Source: a virus (Duplodnaviria; Heunggongvirae; Uroviricota; Caudoviricetes). From it: DNA of 64,000 bases. The stretch spans positions 96,001 to 160,000 of the IMG/VR virus record IMGVR_UViG_3300037484_000445. One strand, written 5' to 3'. The position numbers and the translations under genes were made by a program. Shown here in pieces: positions 24,930 to 35,306 of the stretch. The notes under the pieces were generated by a model, which was given only the letters and a program-made list of their open reading frames with translations, was not told the DNA's origin and ran no database searches. How positions within the stretch are numbered: position 1 is the first letter of the stretch; each line of letters begins with the position of its first letter.

Positions 24930-26163
24930 GCCGACTTATGCAGAGTCCCAAGCCAATCTAAACCGTAGTTACAACGGAGATCCGGAGGAATTTCACATCG
25001 ATGTTCCGAAGGAAATTCCGGAGATAAACCCAGAAATCCTAAGGGACGTGGATCCCTTGCTTTTTAGGGGTTTTTTGCATGTGTCTGCGGAAATCAATGA
25101 TGTTCCCTTCGTATTCAAGTCCCTAAACCACCATGAGTTTGGGATGCTCAATTTGTTGGCACCTATTGATGGAACACGCAAGGCTTTGAAGCGTTTTTAC
25201 TCGACGTTTCTGGCTTACGGTGTGTTCATGATCGACGGTGCCAACATCTTGAACGATCGTGAACGCTGGCTTTCTGACATTGTGAGCATGTTCGATTCTA
25301 TGGGAGATGATGTAGTAGGTAAGATCATCCGGCATCTCAGTGAAGTTAACCGTCGAGCGAATATAGCCGTGATCTTAATAGAAGCCTATGTCATGGAATT
25401 TGCTTCTAGAAATCGTTGGGCTCAACTTCGAGGGCTAGACCTCACTTCCACAGCTGTAACAGGAGTTAGTGGAACGCACACTTTGGGTATGAATTGGGGC
25501 CAACTCACATGGAGAGCTCTGAACTACTACGAGGATCTTAGAGATCAGGCAGAACGAGAATGGGAGAACGCAAAGTTCGTAGCCTCATCCATGGCCGGTA
25601 AGGGCATGAACAGAGTCCACAGTCAGGACAAGCGACGCCGAGAGCAGGAGAACGAAGGTCGGCTGGAACGCCGGGACAAAATCCTTCGTTTCGCCGTGTT
25701 AGGTGAGCCCATGGAACAATCCGGCGACAAACGAGTTCCCGTGATGGCAGCAAGGACCGTCGAGGAACTGGCCTTACAACTTGAGAGAGACCTCAAGGGT
25801 GAGAAGGATTGGCACGACATGGTTGTTGAGGCTCATGAGCGTAAGGCTCAAGAGGCCAAGCAAGTTCAGTGGGATCGTCTTCGTGAGATGCAACAGAACT
25901 TCGATGCTGAGTTTGGACCTCGGCAGTTGCTTGGTTCTACGGACATGACTGGCATCTCTCCGGACGAGCTTAAGTTCCAACTGGAGCATCGTCGTCAGTT
26001 GACAGCTCAAAGACTAGCGGCCCAGATCGATCCAGCATTTTTGGACCCTAAAGCCGCTCAGTTCTCGGAAAAATGGGCATCGATCCAACATGGTGCTGAC
26101 CAAATTCCGCTGGTGCCTACATCCAATCGTCAAGCAGGCACTCCATTTAGAATACCTCGGTAA
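24922..26163 (+). CDS. putative tail assembly chaperone 2 (paralogue of chaperone 1)
   Basis: 8-nt overlap with the previous gene. EIND..FVFKSL...LAYGVFMIDG.N core similar to the upstream gene. Directly precedes the tape measure. Confidence 0.55.
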   Translation: MAKPTYAESQANLNRSYNGDPEEFHIDVPKEIPEINPEILRDVDPLLFRGFLHVSAEINDVPFVFKSLNHHEFGMLNLLAPIDGTRKALKRFYSTFLAYGVFMIDGANILNDRERWLSDIVSMFDSMGDDVVGKIIRHLSEVNRRANIAVILIEAYVMEFASRNRWAQLRGLDLTSTAVTGVSGTHTLGMNWGQLTWRALNYYEDLRDQAEREWENAKFVASSMAGKGMNRVHSQDKRRREQENEGRLERRDKILRFAVLGEPMEQSGDKRVPVMAARTVEELALQLERDLKGEKDWHDMVVEAHERKAQEAKQVQWDRLREMQQNFDAEFGPRQLLGSTDMTGISPDELKFQLEHRRQLTAQRLAAQIDPAFLDPKAAQFSEKWASIQHGADQIPLVPTSNRQAGTPFRIPR

Positions 26164-26173
26164 GGATTAGGCC

Positions 26174-29100
26174 ATGGCTAAGAACAAGGAAAACCAGGAG
26201 GTCCTAGAGGTTGGTGTAGACGTCGAGTCAGCATTGGCCGATATGGCCAAGTTGCAACGTGGCTCCACACGTCAGTTTGAAGACATAGCCAAGGCCGTTG
26301 ATGAGTTGGATCGCAAATCCCAGAAGGCTAACAGTAATGCCAAGAAAGGGGCGGCTGAAACAGAAGCTAGTCTCGAGGATTTGGCTAAGGCCTACAAGGG
26401 GGAAGCCAAAGCGATCGACAATGTCCTTCAGAACATAGAGCTCCTGTCCAAGAAATCTGCAGCGGCTAGTGACGATGAACGTGTAGCCTTGGAACAGCAG
26501 ATAGCAGATCTCAAAAAGATTGGTCAAGAGAAGATCAAGAACCTTCGAAGCAAGGACAAGAAGGAAGGGCGAGTCGCTGCTCGAAAGACCTTGGATACCG
26601 TTGGTGATAAGCTGAAGGAGGACATCACCAAGTCCCTAGAGAATTTCAGTGGTTCTTTCGGTCGAGACTTGAAGGGATCTTTTGAGAGCGGTGCCAAACT
26701 TCTAGTGAAGAGCCTCAAGGTCGGTATGTCCGCGGCTACGCTTAAGGCCCCTGCCTTGATGGAGCGTGGCGCCAATCTGAAGACCCGGGGCCAAGAGCGT
26801 GGTGGTTTGGCTGGTAAGGCCATGAGTGCTGGTGGCACTGGGCTCAAGGCTATTGGTGGTTTGGCCGCCAAGATGGGACCCCTCATTCAAACCCTCAGCC
26901 AACTAGGCCCTATTCTCGGGATGCTTGGTTCTTCTGTGATGGCCGTCGTCAAGCTACTTATTGATATGGATGCTAAGGCGAAAGAGTTCAACAAAGACAT
27001 TCTGCAATCTGCTAGTACCGCCGAGTTTATGGGACGAAATGTGGGCAACGTTGACGCCGCTTTTGATGACATGAAGACAACCTTACGGGGTGTACGTGAT
27101 GCTGCTTTTTCTCTGGACAACATAGATTGGGGAATCACTGCAAATGAACACAAGGCTATAATCAATGTTCTCACTCAAGAGGGTGTTAGCTTAGCCCAAA
27201 TCCATGATGAGGCTAAGAGGGTTCATGGGGATTTAGGTGATGATGCAAAGGCTGTACAGGCTTTCACGAGTGACCTAACACATTTGAGTGTGACTTTTTC
27301 TAGAACCTTTGGCGTTCCTCTCCAAGAGATAAATCAGCTTCAAGCTGAGATGGTAACGGAGCTTGGATCTAGTTTGGACCAGACAGCGTTGTCCTTTCAG
27401 AGGATCAATAGAACCGCAGCAGAAACGGGTGTATCTGCCAACAAGTTCTTTGCTATGATTCGAGGAGTGTCCCAAGATCTGTCCTTGTGGGGAAACCGCA
27501 TGGAAGATGCTGTCATGCTCTTAGGACGCATGAACAAGTACATGAACCCTCGCAATGCCCAGAAGTTCTTTCAGACGACCATGCAAGGTCTCAAGAACAT
27601 GGGTCGCACGGATCGTCTTCGTTTGAGTTTGTTGGCTGGAACGAAAAAGACGGATGACGTCCTACGTAAGGACATCATGCATAAGGCTCGGGGCCTCGCC
27701 GACCAGCTAGGTATGTCTATAGAGGAATTCTCAGACAAGTTTGCACAGGGCCCTGAAGCCTTCGAGGAAGCCCTCAACAAGCTCGACAAGTCCCAGCAGG
27801 CCAGTGTTCGGGAAGCCCTAGTAGATGCCCGCTTACAGGCTAAGAGGGCCAACGCGGGAACCTATGGCAAGGCCCTAGCCCTTCGTGGTGTTGGCGCTGC
27901 CGGAGCCTTGGAAGAAAAGGAAGCTGCCGTCAGAAGGTTTTCGGGGGGTAAGGACCTGGAGGAAGCCTCTACGGGTATAGCTGGACAGTCTGTGGCTGAA
28001 TCCCTCAATATTTCAGAGGAAGAACTCGATCAGATGATCAAGTTCAAGATGGCTTTGAAGGACCAGAAGAAGGCCCTTATCAAGCAATTAAAGAGTGGTG
28101 ATGCTTCTCAAGAGGATGCCGCTCGGGCAGCTCTGAAACGAGCCGGTATTGAAGGTAAGGACGCTGAAGAACTAGCTAAGAATGTGGATGCGGCTGGCTA
28201 CCAAGATATCATGGCTACGTTCGACGACGACACCAAGAAACTGTATGATGGTCTTGGTAAGACAGTAGATCAAGCTAAGCGTCAGGCTGATCTGACTATG
28301 TCTTGGACCCAGAAGTTCGAAGTCTTTATGGATTTCATGATGAACGCTCTCTATGGCGTCCTCATGGACATTTGGGACACTATCACATCATGGAGCGATA
28401 AAACAGCTAAGGCTACGCGCAAGGAAGTTCTTAAGTCGGGTGACACGGACCTCATCAAAGCCTTCAATGAGGCTGGTGGGGACATGGGCAAATTCAAGTC
28501 TGAGATCTTCAAGAGTGACGCAGCTTTCAGCAAGAATTTGAGCAATACCCTCAAGGCCGGTAACACTCAGGTGGAGAAGTACATCGGGGATGCCGCGGCT
28601 CTTCTTGGGGATAAGGGCATTCATGCCGTAGAGTCCTCCGGTAAGGCCGTTGGATTAACGCCTGAGCAACGTATGCAGATCGTAACAGACATCTCCAAAG
28701 GGTTGTCCTTAGGCGAAGCTGCTGACAAGGGAGGGCTCAAGGGAGATCAGCGAGCGGCATTCATGCACCAGATGGCTGGGCAATTGAATCCTGTTCACTT
28801 GCCTACGTTGGCGGGGTTGATAAAGCCTACTAAGAAGCCCGAGGGTGAGGCATCTGAAGAGGAGGCCCCAAGTGGGACACCCAAAGTGTCGGCTCAAGCA
28901 AAGCCGCCGCCTAGTAAAGTAGTTGCGACAGCGGCGGGATCCCCGGCCATGACTATGGCGAACCCAGAAGCACCAACCACTACCCCTGTGGCCCCTAGCA
29001 CCGATGCTGCTCTGAAATTTACGTCGTCTGTGGCTGAAGACAACCTCAGTCTATCCAAAGAACAATTGCAAATTCTGCAATCTGTCGACTCGAGGATGGA

Positions 29101-29584
29101 TCGGTTCAAAATGGACACTGGCTTTCTCAGTGGCCCTTATTCGAAGGCTGTTGAAGGCTCTGTCCTGGCTGCAGTGCGGACGGCTTTGTTTGAGTACTAC
29201 CTCTACAAGGATATTGACCAACAGAGCATGCTTTCGGCTATGTCTGCGGGGGGTATGACAGGGCGTTCAATGTCCTCGGCTATGAGTCAATGGCAACAAG
29301 GCGGGGGCACAGGGAATCCTCTAGAGGCTATTCAATCGGCTCCGCACGCTGCTGGAGGGATGGTAACAGGTATTAATGGTGGGTTGGCCATGGTCACGGC
29401 TGCAGCCGGTGAAGGCCTTACCTCGATAGGCAAGGGGGAACGTATCGTACCTGCTGGTGGGGGCGGCAATACTACCTTCCAGATCAATGTTTCGGGTGTT
29501 GGGGGTCAGGACCTAGCTCGTATCATTGAGGCCAAGGTGGTTGATGGTGTTCACGAATACAAGCGTAGGGAGAAGTTCAGCTGA
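26174..29584 (+). CDS. tail tape measure protein
   Basis: 1136 aa, Ala/Lys-rich and helical, with a hydrophobic segment near aa 230-262 and C-terminal HAAGGMV...GERIVP...FQINV motif, in the canonical position. Confidence 0.8.
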   Translation: MAKNKENQEVLEVGVDVESALADMAKLQRGSTRQFEDIAKAVDELDRKSQKANSNAKKGAAETEASLEDLAKAYKGEAKAIDNVLQNIELLSKKSAAASDDERVALEQQIADLKKIGQEKIKNLRSKDKKEGRVAARKTLDTVGDKLKEDITKSLENFSGSFGRDLKGSFESGAKLLVKSLKVGMSAATLKAPALMERGANLKTRGQERGGLAGKAMSAGGTGLKAIGGLAAKMGPLIQTLSQLGPILGMLGSSVMAVVKLLIDMDAKAKEFNKDILQSASTAEFMGRNVGNVDAAFDDMKTTLRGVRDAAFSLDNIDWGITANEHKAIINVLTQEGVSLAQIHDEAKRVHGDLGDDAKAVQAFTSDLTHLSVTFSRTFGVPLQEINQLQAEMVTELGSSLDQTALSFQRINRTAAETGVSANKFFAMIRGVSQDLSLWGNRMEDAVMLLGRMNKYMNPRNAQKFFQTTMQGLKNMGRTDRLRLSLLAGTKKTDDVLRKDIMHKARGLADQLGMSIEEFSDKFAQGPEAFEEALNKLDKSQQASVREALVDARLQAKRANAGTYGKALALRGVGAAGALEEKEAAVRRFSGGKDLEEASTGIAGQSVAESLNISEEELDQMIKFKMALKDQKKALIKQLKSGDASQEDAARAALKRAGIEGKDAEELAKNVDAAGYQDIMATFDDDTKKLYDGLGKTVDQAKRQADLTMSWTQKFEVFMDFMMNALYGVLMDIWDTITSWSDKTAKATRKEVLKSGDTDLIKAFNEAGGDMGKFKSEIFKSDAAFSKNLSNTLKAGNTQVEKYIGDAAALLGDKGIHAVESSGKAVGLTPEQRMQIVTDISKGLSLGEAADKGGLKGDQRAAFMHQMAGQLNPVHLPTLAGLIKPTKKPEGEASEEEAPSGTPKVSAQAKPPPSKVVATAAGSPAMTMANPEAPTTTPVAPSTDAALKFTSSVAEDNLSLSKEQLQILQSVDSRMDRFKMDTGFLSGPYSKAVEGSVLAAVRTALFEYYLYKDIDQQSMLSAMSAGGMTGRSMSSAMSQWQQGGGTGNPLEAIQSAPHAAGGMVTGINGGLAMVTAAAGEGLTSIGKGERIVPAGGGGNTTFQINVSGVGGQDLARIIEAKVVDGVHEYKRREKFS

Positions 29585-30222
29585 TGCCTAGGATCCCTTC
29601 TGCTAATGCTGACTTTCAGCAGATCAATGTACCCTCGTCCGAGGATGTCTACCAACATCCCGCTGAGAAGAGACAGGGTAGCATTCCTATGGCTTTTCAG
29701 ATCACAAGCCCGTTCAACAAGAACACCCTTTTGCTACCGCACGCCTTGGTTTTGCATGTAAATCCCAATTCTTTGGATGAGAATTTTCAGCACAAGATCG
29801 AACGCATACAGACTCGAGGTGGTTGGGTTGAACAGCACTGGGGATCGGACCTTGCGGAGATCTCAGCTAGCGCTTCTACTGGTGCTTTCATGAACATCTA
29901 CACTGGTCTCACCAGTGTTCTTCGGCAGAGAACCATTGCTTGGGATCGCTATAGGGACCTCTACGACCTATACACTAACGACGGTGCTGTGTATGACCCT
30001 TATGGTAACATTGTGCTCAAGGGTAACATCTTGTTGATGTATGACCGGGGCAATTTCCTAGGGTCTTTCAGAACTTTTGAGATGGAGGAAACCGACGATT
30101 CGCCATTCGCGTTCAAACTCAGTTGGACTTTCAAGGTTGAACGAACACTGCTGTACGTTTCACCTCAATCAACTCTGGTTCGGTCCGTACCCACATTCCA
30201 GAGTCAAAACAGACTGACCTAG
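29584..30222 (+). CDS. baseplate tail-tube initiator (tube-fold) protein
   Basis: LHVNPNSL...QTRGGWVEQHWG..L.EISAS...GSFRTFEMEETDDSPFAFKLSWTFKV, immediately after the tape measure. Confidence 0.7.
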   Translation: MPRIPSANADFQQINVPSSEDVYQHPAEKRQGSIPMAFQITSPFNKNTLLLPHALVLHVNPNSLDENFQHKIERIQTRGGWVEQHWGSDLAEISASASTGAFMNIYTGLTSVLRQRTIAWDRYRDLYDLYTNDGAVYDPYGNIVLKGNILLMYDRGNFLGSFRTFEMEETDDSPFAFKLSWTFKVERTLLYVSPQSTLVRSVPTFQSQNRLT

Positions 30223-30240
30223 GATCCAGGGAGATTAGTT

Positions 30241-31851
30241 GTGGCTGATACTCGAATAGCTCAACAGATCGAAGCTTCGGCGGACTACTACCCTCCGGCT
30301 AACTACATTGGGTCTAGCCCGACTTTTGATGGCTCCGTCCTGAGTTATTTGACCTACTACAACGAGTTGAGCCTCAACACGGACTATGTGGGTGACCAGT
30401 TCTATCCCCTGTCCGCGGTCTCTCAGAGGTCCAGAAATCCGAAGATTTTCGCTATAGGCGTTATCCCGCCGACCTCCAACGTGACGGGTAAGCTCTTGGA
30501 TCGTAATGCTTCGGTCAACAGTATCCAGCCGACAGACCCTCAGTATGCCTCAATCCCGACGCAATCGGGGACGGTGTCAATCGTCAACGGCAATGCTTCT
30601 ACGGCAGGCAAAGAGCAAGTACCTAACAAGATCACTAAGCTCTCTGAGAACCAAGTTCGAGAAGCCTTCTATCAAGGGTTCATTCAGGTCACAGGTCAAA
30701 AGCCATCGGAGCAAGTACTTGCTTTGATGATGGCCCAATCGGCTTTGGAAACAGGTCAGTGGGGATCTCTTCACAATTACAATTTCGGCAACATCAAGGC
30801 CACGGGATGGCAGCACCAAACGACCACATTTGGGGCCTGGGAGAGGATCAATGGGAAAAAAGAGACTTTCCCTCCAGGTCATGCCCAAACGCAGTTTAGG
30901 GCCTATCCTACGGCTTCTGAAGGGGCTGCCGACTACATCATCACCCTACTCCAAGACAACAAGCGTCGAAAACCACCAGACGCTTGGAAGCAGGCCTTGA
31001 TGACAGGCGATCCTCAAGCTTTCTCTGAGATTCTGTCTCACCCTCCGCCCTATTACACGGGGGACAAGAACCTTTATGCCAAGTCCATGACCAAATACTA
31101 CAACCAGTACTTGGGCTTGTCTTCGGTCGCATCGGACACTTATACTGGAGATTGGCAGGATTCTGGGAAGGCTTCGGCAGATGCGTCCAAGAACACTATG
31201 GACCAGTTGGCGACGACTCCGTTGACGACGGATAACGCCAATGCTCTCTATACCGCCGCACAGATGGCTCAAATTCTAGGTATCCAACGAGCTTTGGATG
31301 CCATGGCTAACACGCCACCCCTAAGGATGTTGGTCAACCCTTCCACGTTCAGTGTGAAGGGTGAGAAAATTGTTGCCGATGGTTCTTGGTCTAGGAATGG
31401 ACAAGTCATCATCGAGCATTGGGGTAATGGTCAAGAGAAGATCTCGGCTTCTGGAAAGGTTGCTGGGTTCTATGCTATCGACCTCCTGAATTCTTCGGGC
31501 CCGGGACTAACTCGTATGGCCCGCAACTTCTCACAATCCTGGCAGAACCTTCAAAGCATGAGGTTGTTCTACGCCAACAATGGTAGGATTCACACATTGG
31601 ATGCTACGACGTCCAATCTTGAACTCAATATGACAATGGTTGGGTCAATCTACATTTACTATGATAGCATCATGTACATAGGGTCTTTCGACAGCCTAAG
31701 TATCTCCGAGGCTGACACCAACCCCTTTACGGCAGAATACAACTTCGAGTTCACAGTCCGAGCAGCTTTTCTCTTGGATGCCTCTAACAACACAGGAACC
31801 TTTGGGGCGTCCAACGCGGACGTTGCCACAAAGGTTTCTCAAAGTCGGTGA
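30241..31851 (+). CDS. tube-initiator paralogue carrying a GH73/FlgJ-like peptidoglycan glycosidase domain
   Basis: AQSALETG (catalytic Glu), NYNFGNIKA, FRAYPT..EG..DY and YYT motifs. The C-terminal LVNPS...EHWG..QEKISAS...GSFDSLSISE.D.NPF...FEFTV matches the preceding gene. Confidence 0.8.
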   Translation: MADTRIAQQIEASADYYPPANYIGSSPTFDGSVLSYLTYYNELSLNTDYVGDQFYPLSAVSQRSRNPKIFAIGVIPPTSNVTGKLLDRNASVNSIQPTDPQYASIPTQSGTVSIVNGNASTAGKEQVPNKITKLSENQVREAFYQGFIQVTGQKPSEQVLALMMAQSALETGQWGSLHNYNFGNIKATGWQHQTTTFGAWERINGKKETFPPGHAQTQFRAYPTASEGAADYIITLLQDNKRRKPPDAWKQALMTGDPQAFSEILSHPPPYYTGDKNLYAKSMTKYYNQYLGLSSVASDTYTGDWQDSGKASADASKNTMDQLATTPLTTDNANALYTAAQMAQILGIQRALDAMANTPPLRMLVNPSTFSVKGEKIVADGSWSRNGQVIIEHWGNGQEKISASGKVAGFYAIDLLNSSGPGLTRMARNFSQSWQNLQSMRLFYANNGRIHTLDATTSNLELNMTMVGSIYIYYDSIMYIGSFDSLSISEADTNPFTAEYNFEFTVRAAFLLDASNNTGTFGASNADVATKVSQSR

Positions 31852-34800
31852 CTATGGCTCGTAGCCCATTTCAAGGCACTTACCAACCTGGTGTACGACC
31901 TACAGTCATTACGGCTCCAGATGCCTTGGTCTACATCAATGGCGAAACGGACATCCTAGGGTGCTCCAAATGCCGTCGTCGTTTCAACTGGAACCGCTAC
32001 ATCACGAGTATCCAGGTTGACTTGAACGTTGATAGCTCTCCGGGATCAGCTTCGATCAACTTGTCTCTTCCGCGACACTCAGTCGATGAATTCTACTTCG
32101 ACGGAAACCCTCTTATCACAGAGATGATGGAGGTTGAGATCTTCGCTAAGGGTTTCTACTTGTTGGAAGGCGTTCCGCAGTATTACCCAATCTTTTGGGG
32201 GTTGGTCACTGAAGTCAGCGATTCTTATTCGGGCGGGGAACACACATTCTCGATCAACTGTGCAGACATCCTCAAGTGGTGGGAACTCTGCAAAATGAAT
32301 GTGAATCCAGCCTTCACGGAACCAACGGGTCAAGGCGGGCGATCGATCTTTGGTAATGTCTTTTTTGGGATGAACCCCTACGATGTTATTTGGACTCTAG
32401 CCCAACAGTCTTTCGGTGATGTCGTTGTAGGTACGGGTTCACTCAACATGCAGTTGCGTGAGAAGAATCCAGACTTCAAGAGCACTTTCAGCACGGCTCT
32501 TGGCGATATCATGCAGTACTGGAACAAGAGGTTTTCGAAGATACGTTCGAACCTAATGTTGTACGGTACCTCAGGTACCGCCGTACGTGGTGACACCATT
32601 CAAGCAGCCTATCAGAACCGAAAACCCCAATTCGGTAAGCCCTTCGTCTCTCAGCTGGTTCGTCAGGCTAATGGTGGCACGGCTCAGATGGACTTCGACC
32701 CAACAGATCCTGACGTCGTGGCCTTCCGAACTCAAGGAGGTCAGGCAGGACAGGTGAATTTTTGGCAGACTGAGTATCAAACCAAGCTCGAACTTGCCAA
32801 TGCTGCAAAGGAAGCCATAGGGTTTGAGTTCTATATGGATGTCACCGGGGATTTGGTGTTCAAACCCCCCTTCTACAACCTAGACATCCTGAGCAACAAG
32901 CCTGTCTCTTGGATACAGGACATTGATATCATCGATTGGGACTTCTCTCAATCGGAGGCTGAGGTTGTCACACAAATACAACTTCAGGGAAATTTCACCG
33001 GCAGTATCGATTGGGGCTTACCAGAAGAGGCTACACCTCTCACGTCCGTGACGGACTACCACCTACTTCGCAAATATGGTTGGCGCTCGCAGACGTTCAA
33101 CTCCGAATTCTTGGCTGACCCAAAGGTTATGTTTTATGTAGGGTTGGACATGCTGGATCGCTACAACTGCAAGCGGTTCCGAGGCACTGTCACAATACCC
33201 TTCCGTCCTGAACTCCGATTGGGTTTTCCTATCTACGTGGGACCTAAGGACCAAGTTTGGTACATTCAGGGCATCAGTCACAATATTTCGTTTGGTGGTC
33301 GAGCCCAGACTACTCTAAGTCTCACGGCGAAGCGTTCAAAGTTTCTGGCTCCGAGAGGTATCGGCACCCTAACGCTCACGAGCTACAAGGGTGCCAAGGA
33401 GACTTCGGACAAGAAGCCCTTTGATGGCACCACCCTGAATCTCACTCCTAGGCAATTGGCAGATGGGGGTCGTTTCAAAGCCGATGTTGGGGAGGCCGCC
33501 CAGATTCCACCCGTCAATTCTCCGGACACGACGGGTGGTATTGATCCCTATGAGCCCTTGCTTTTAAGGCATCCTAAGACAGGACGCATTGTTGGATACC
33601 CCAACGTTGTGATGGCCTACACTAGACCTTTTACGGCAACTCCCGATCAACTAGCGAAGCTTCAGGGTAGCAAGAAGAAGTCAGACCCTAGGGTTGCCCA
33701 GAGTAAGGTAAAGAAGGCTGAAACGGCGGCTAAGTCTGAATTGGAAGACATTCGTCGGGTGAGTTCTACGGTGACGCCAAGTGATGAAGTGCGTGAAAAG
33801 CACTTGAACAACAGGTACACCTATGGAATCAACTCGGCTGGTGTGTACACCTACCTTCACGATCAGTCGAAGGTGGTCAAGGAGATGTTGCTGATTCCAG
33901 CCAGCAACATCACTTTCAACCAAGAAGTCGTCAAATTCTACGGTCAGTCAGGTATGATTCGACCCGTTTCGGATGAACGCGGTTTCGAAGTCATCGGCCA
34001 TCACCGATACGGTCGTGGAGTTTCTCTTCGAGATGGTGCCTTAGTCTTGACTGAGGGCCCCAATGGCCAGGTTGCGATCGGGACACAACTAGCTCTTGCC
34101 GGTGGCCTTATTGAGACGCTGCAAGCACAATCCGCCGGATTGACGACGGTTTCTACATCCTATGCAAACCCAGCCGATGCTATAGCACGTCTTCAACCGG
34201 ATGACCTTCAAACTGCTGCGGCGATCAACCCTGAGACCAAGAAGCCTGAGTTAGTCACGTCGGGAACGACCTTTATCACCAATGCTTCTGTGAGCTCGAA
34301 ACAGGTTCAGGGTGGTGTGTCTCCTCCAGACGTTGAGGCCAATCAGTTGTCCAAGGCCCTTTCGTTGGCAGAAATGAGCGTGCGTAGCGACATGCTTTCT
34401 TCTGGGGATACTGTTGATCCTAATTGCGATTGTGTGTCAGGCAGATCTGACTTAGCCTTCATCAACGTTGGGTACCAAGTCCAAACCTTGAACCCAACGC
34501 AATCAGATATATCTCTCCATGCTGAGGCCAAGCTAATCGTGGATGCGGCTGCTGCTCAAGCGACTAAGGATTTAGCTGCCCGAAGTGCTTCCAATGCAAC
34601 AGCTGGCCTGGCTGAAGTGGCTGACACGGCCACGAGTTACCAAGAGTTCTACAATCAAGCTCTTCAAACGGCCCTTAATGGGGCTACTCCCGAATTGACC
34701 CAAGCCGTCAACGACGTGAATAACGCCAACATCTCCGAGGACTTGACGGCTAGACCCTCTCCCGTAGTCCCAGGTCAAGTCCTAACCAAGGTCGACAACT

Positions 34801-35306
34801 TTTTGGCTTCCTTGTACAAGGCCTTAGACGGTCCACATCAGCAGTACGAACAGGAGATTCGAGGCGATCTTCTGACGACTGAAACTCGAACCCCAGCACA
34901 GATCAGGTTCGAGAACGCTCCCTCGGATGTAAGCCCATTTGCTCCCCCCTATTCGACGCCTAATCGAGCTGCAGGTGGAGACCCGGCTGCCCTAGCCCTT
35001 CAGGCAAAGACCTCGCTAAACCGTGTTTCTGATGCTTGGAGTGGCTTTGGCAACAAGCTCAAGGCGGAAAGTGAAAGGAAGCAACTCCAATCCCAGATCA
35101 ATACCAGTAAGGCACACATCACTGCTTTGGAAGCCGAGAAAAGGCGACTTCAGACCATTGCCGCTTCTGGGGGTGTCGTAGTTGGTTCGGGTGAGTCCGT
35201 GTCCCAACAGATTGCTCAGATCGACAAGGATATCACTGCTGAAACGCAATCTGTGTCTAGCAATACGACGAAGCTAGGCCAGCTTAGTCAGGAGTTCCCG
35301 CCGTGA
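31848..35306 (+). CDS. baseplate hub (gp27/gpD-like) protein with long C-terminal extension
   Basis: ITSIQV...PGSASINL, FWGLVTEVSDSYS...SINCAD, FEFYMD.TGDLVFKPPFY, GTVTIP.RPELRLGFP, WYIQGISH...TTLSLT. C-terminal coiled coil. Confidence 0.8.
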   Translation: MTMARSPFQGTYQPGVRPTVITAPDALVYINGETDILGCSKCRRRFNWNRYITSIQVDLNVDSSPGSASINLSLPRHSVDEFYFDGNPLITEMMEVEIFAKGFYLLEGVPQYYPIFWGLVTEVSDSYSGGEHTFSINCADILKWWELCKMNVNPAFTEPTGQGGRSIFGNVFFGMNPYDVIWTLAQQSFGDVVVGTGSLNMQLREKNPDFKSTFSTALGDIMQYWNKRFSKIRSNLMLYGTSGTAVRGDTIQAAYQNRKPQFGKPFVSQLVRQANGGTAQMDFDPTDPDVVAFRTQGGQAGQVNFWQTEYQTKLELANAAKEAIGFEFYMDVTGDLVFKPPFYNLDILSNKPVSWIQDIDIIDWDFSQSEAEVVTQIQLQGNFTGSIDWGLPEEATPLTSVTDYHLLRKYGWRSQTFNSEFLADPKVMFYVGLDMLDRYNCKRFRGTVTIPFRPELRLGFPIYVGPKDQVWYIQGISHNISFGGRAQTTLSLTAKRSKFLAPRGIGTLTLTSYKGAKETSDKKPFDGTTLNLTPRQLADGGRFKADVGEAAQIPPVNSPDTTGGIDPYEPLLLRHPKTGRIVGYPNVVMAYTRPFTATPDQLAKLQGSKKKSDPRVAQSKVKKAETAAKSELEDIRRVSSTVTPSDEVREKHLNNRYTYGINSAGVYTYLHDQSKVVKEMLLIPASNITFNQEVVKFYGQSGMIRPVSDERGFEVIGHHRYGRGVSLRDGALVLTEGPNGQVAIGTQLALAGGLIETLQAQSAGLTTVSTSYANPADAIARLQPDDLQTAAAINPETKKPELVTSGTTFITNASVSSKQVQGGVSPPDVEANQLSKALSLAEMSVRSDMLSSGDTVDPNCDCVSGRSDLAFINVGYQVQTLNPTQSDISLHAEAKLIVDAAAAQATKDLAARSASNATAGLAEVADTATSYQEFYNQALQTALNGATPELTQAVNDVNNANISEDLTARPSPVVPGQVLTKVDNFLASLYKALDGPHQQYEQEIRGDLLTTETRTPAQIRFENAPSDVSPFAPPYSTPNRAAGGDPAALALQAKTSLNRVSDAWSGFGNKLKAESERKQLQSQINTSKAHITALEAEKRRLQTIAASGGVVVGSGESVSQQIAQIDKDITAETQSVSSNTTKLGQLSQEFPP

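Noticed and set aside
24900-24930. Programmed -1 frameshift between the two chaperone genes
   Set aside because: The second gene is in the +1 frame, has its own ATG, and no slippery heptamer is visible.
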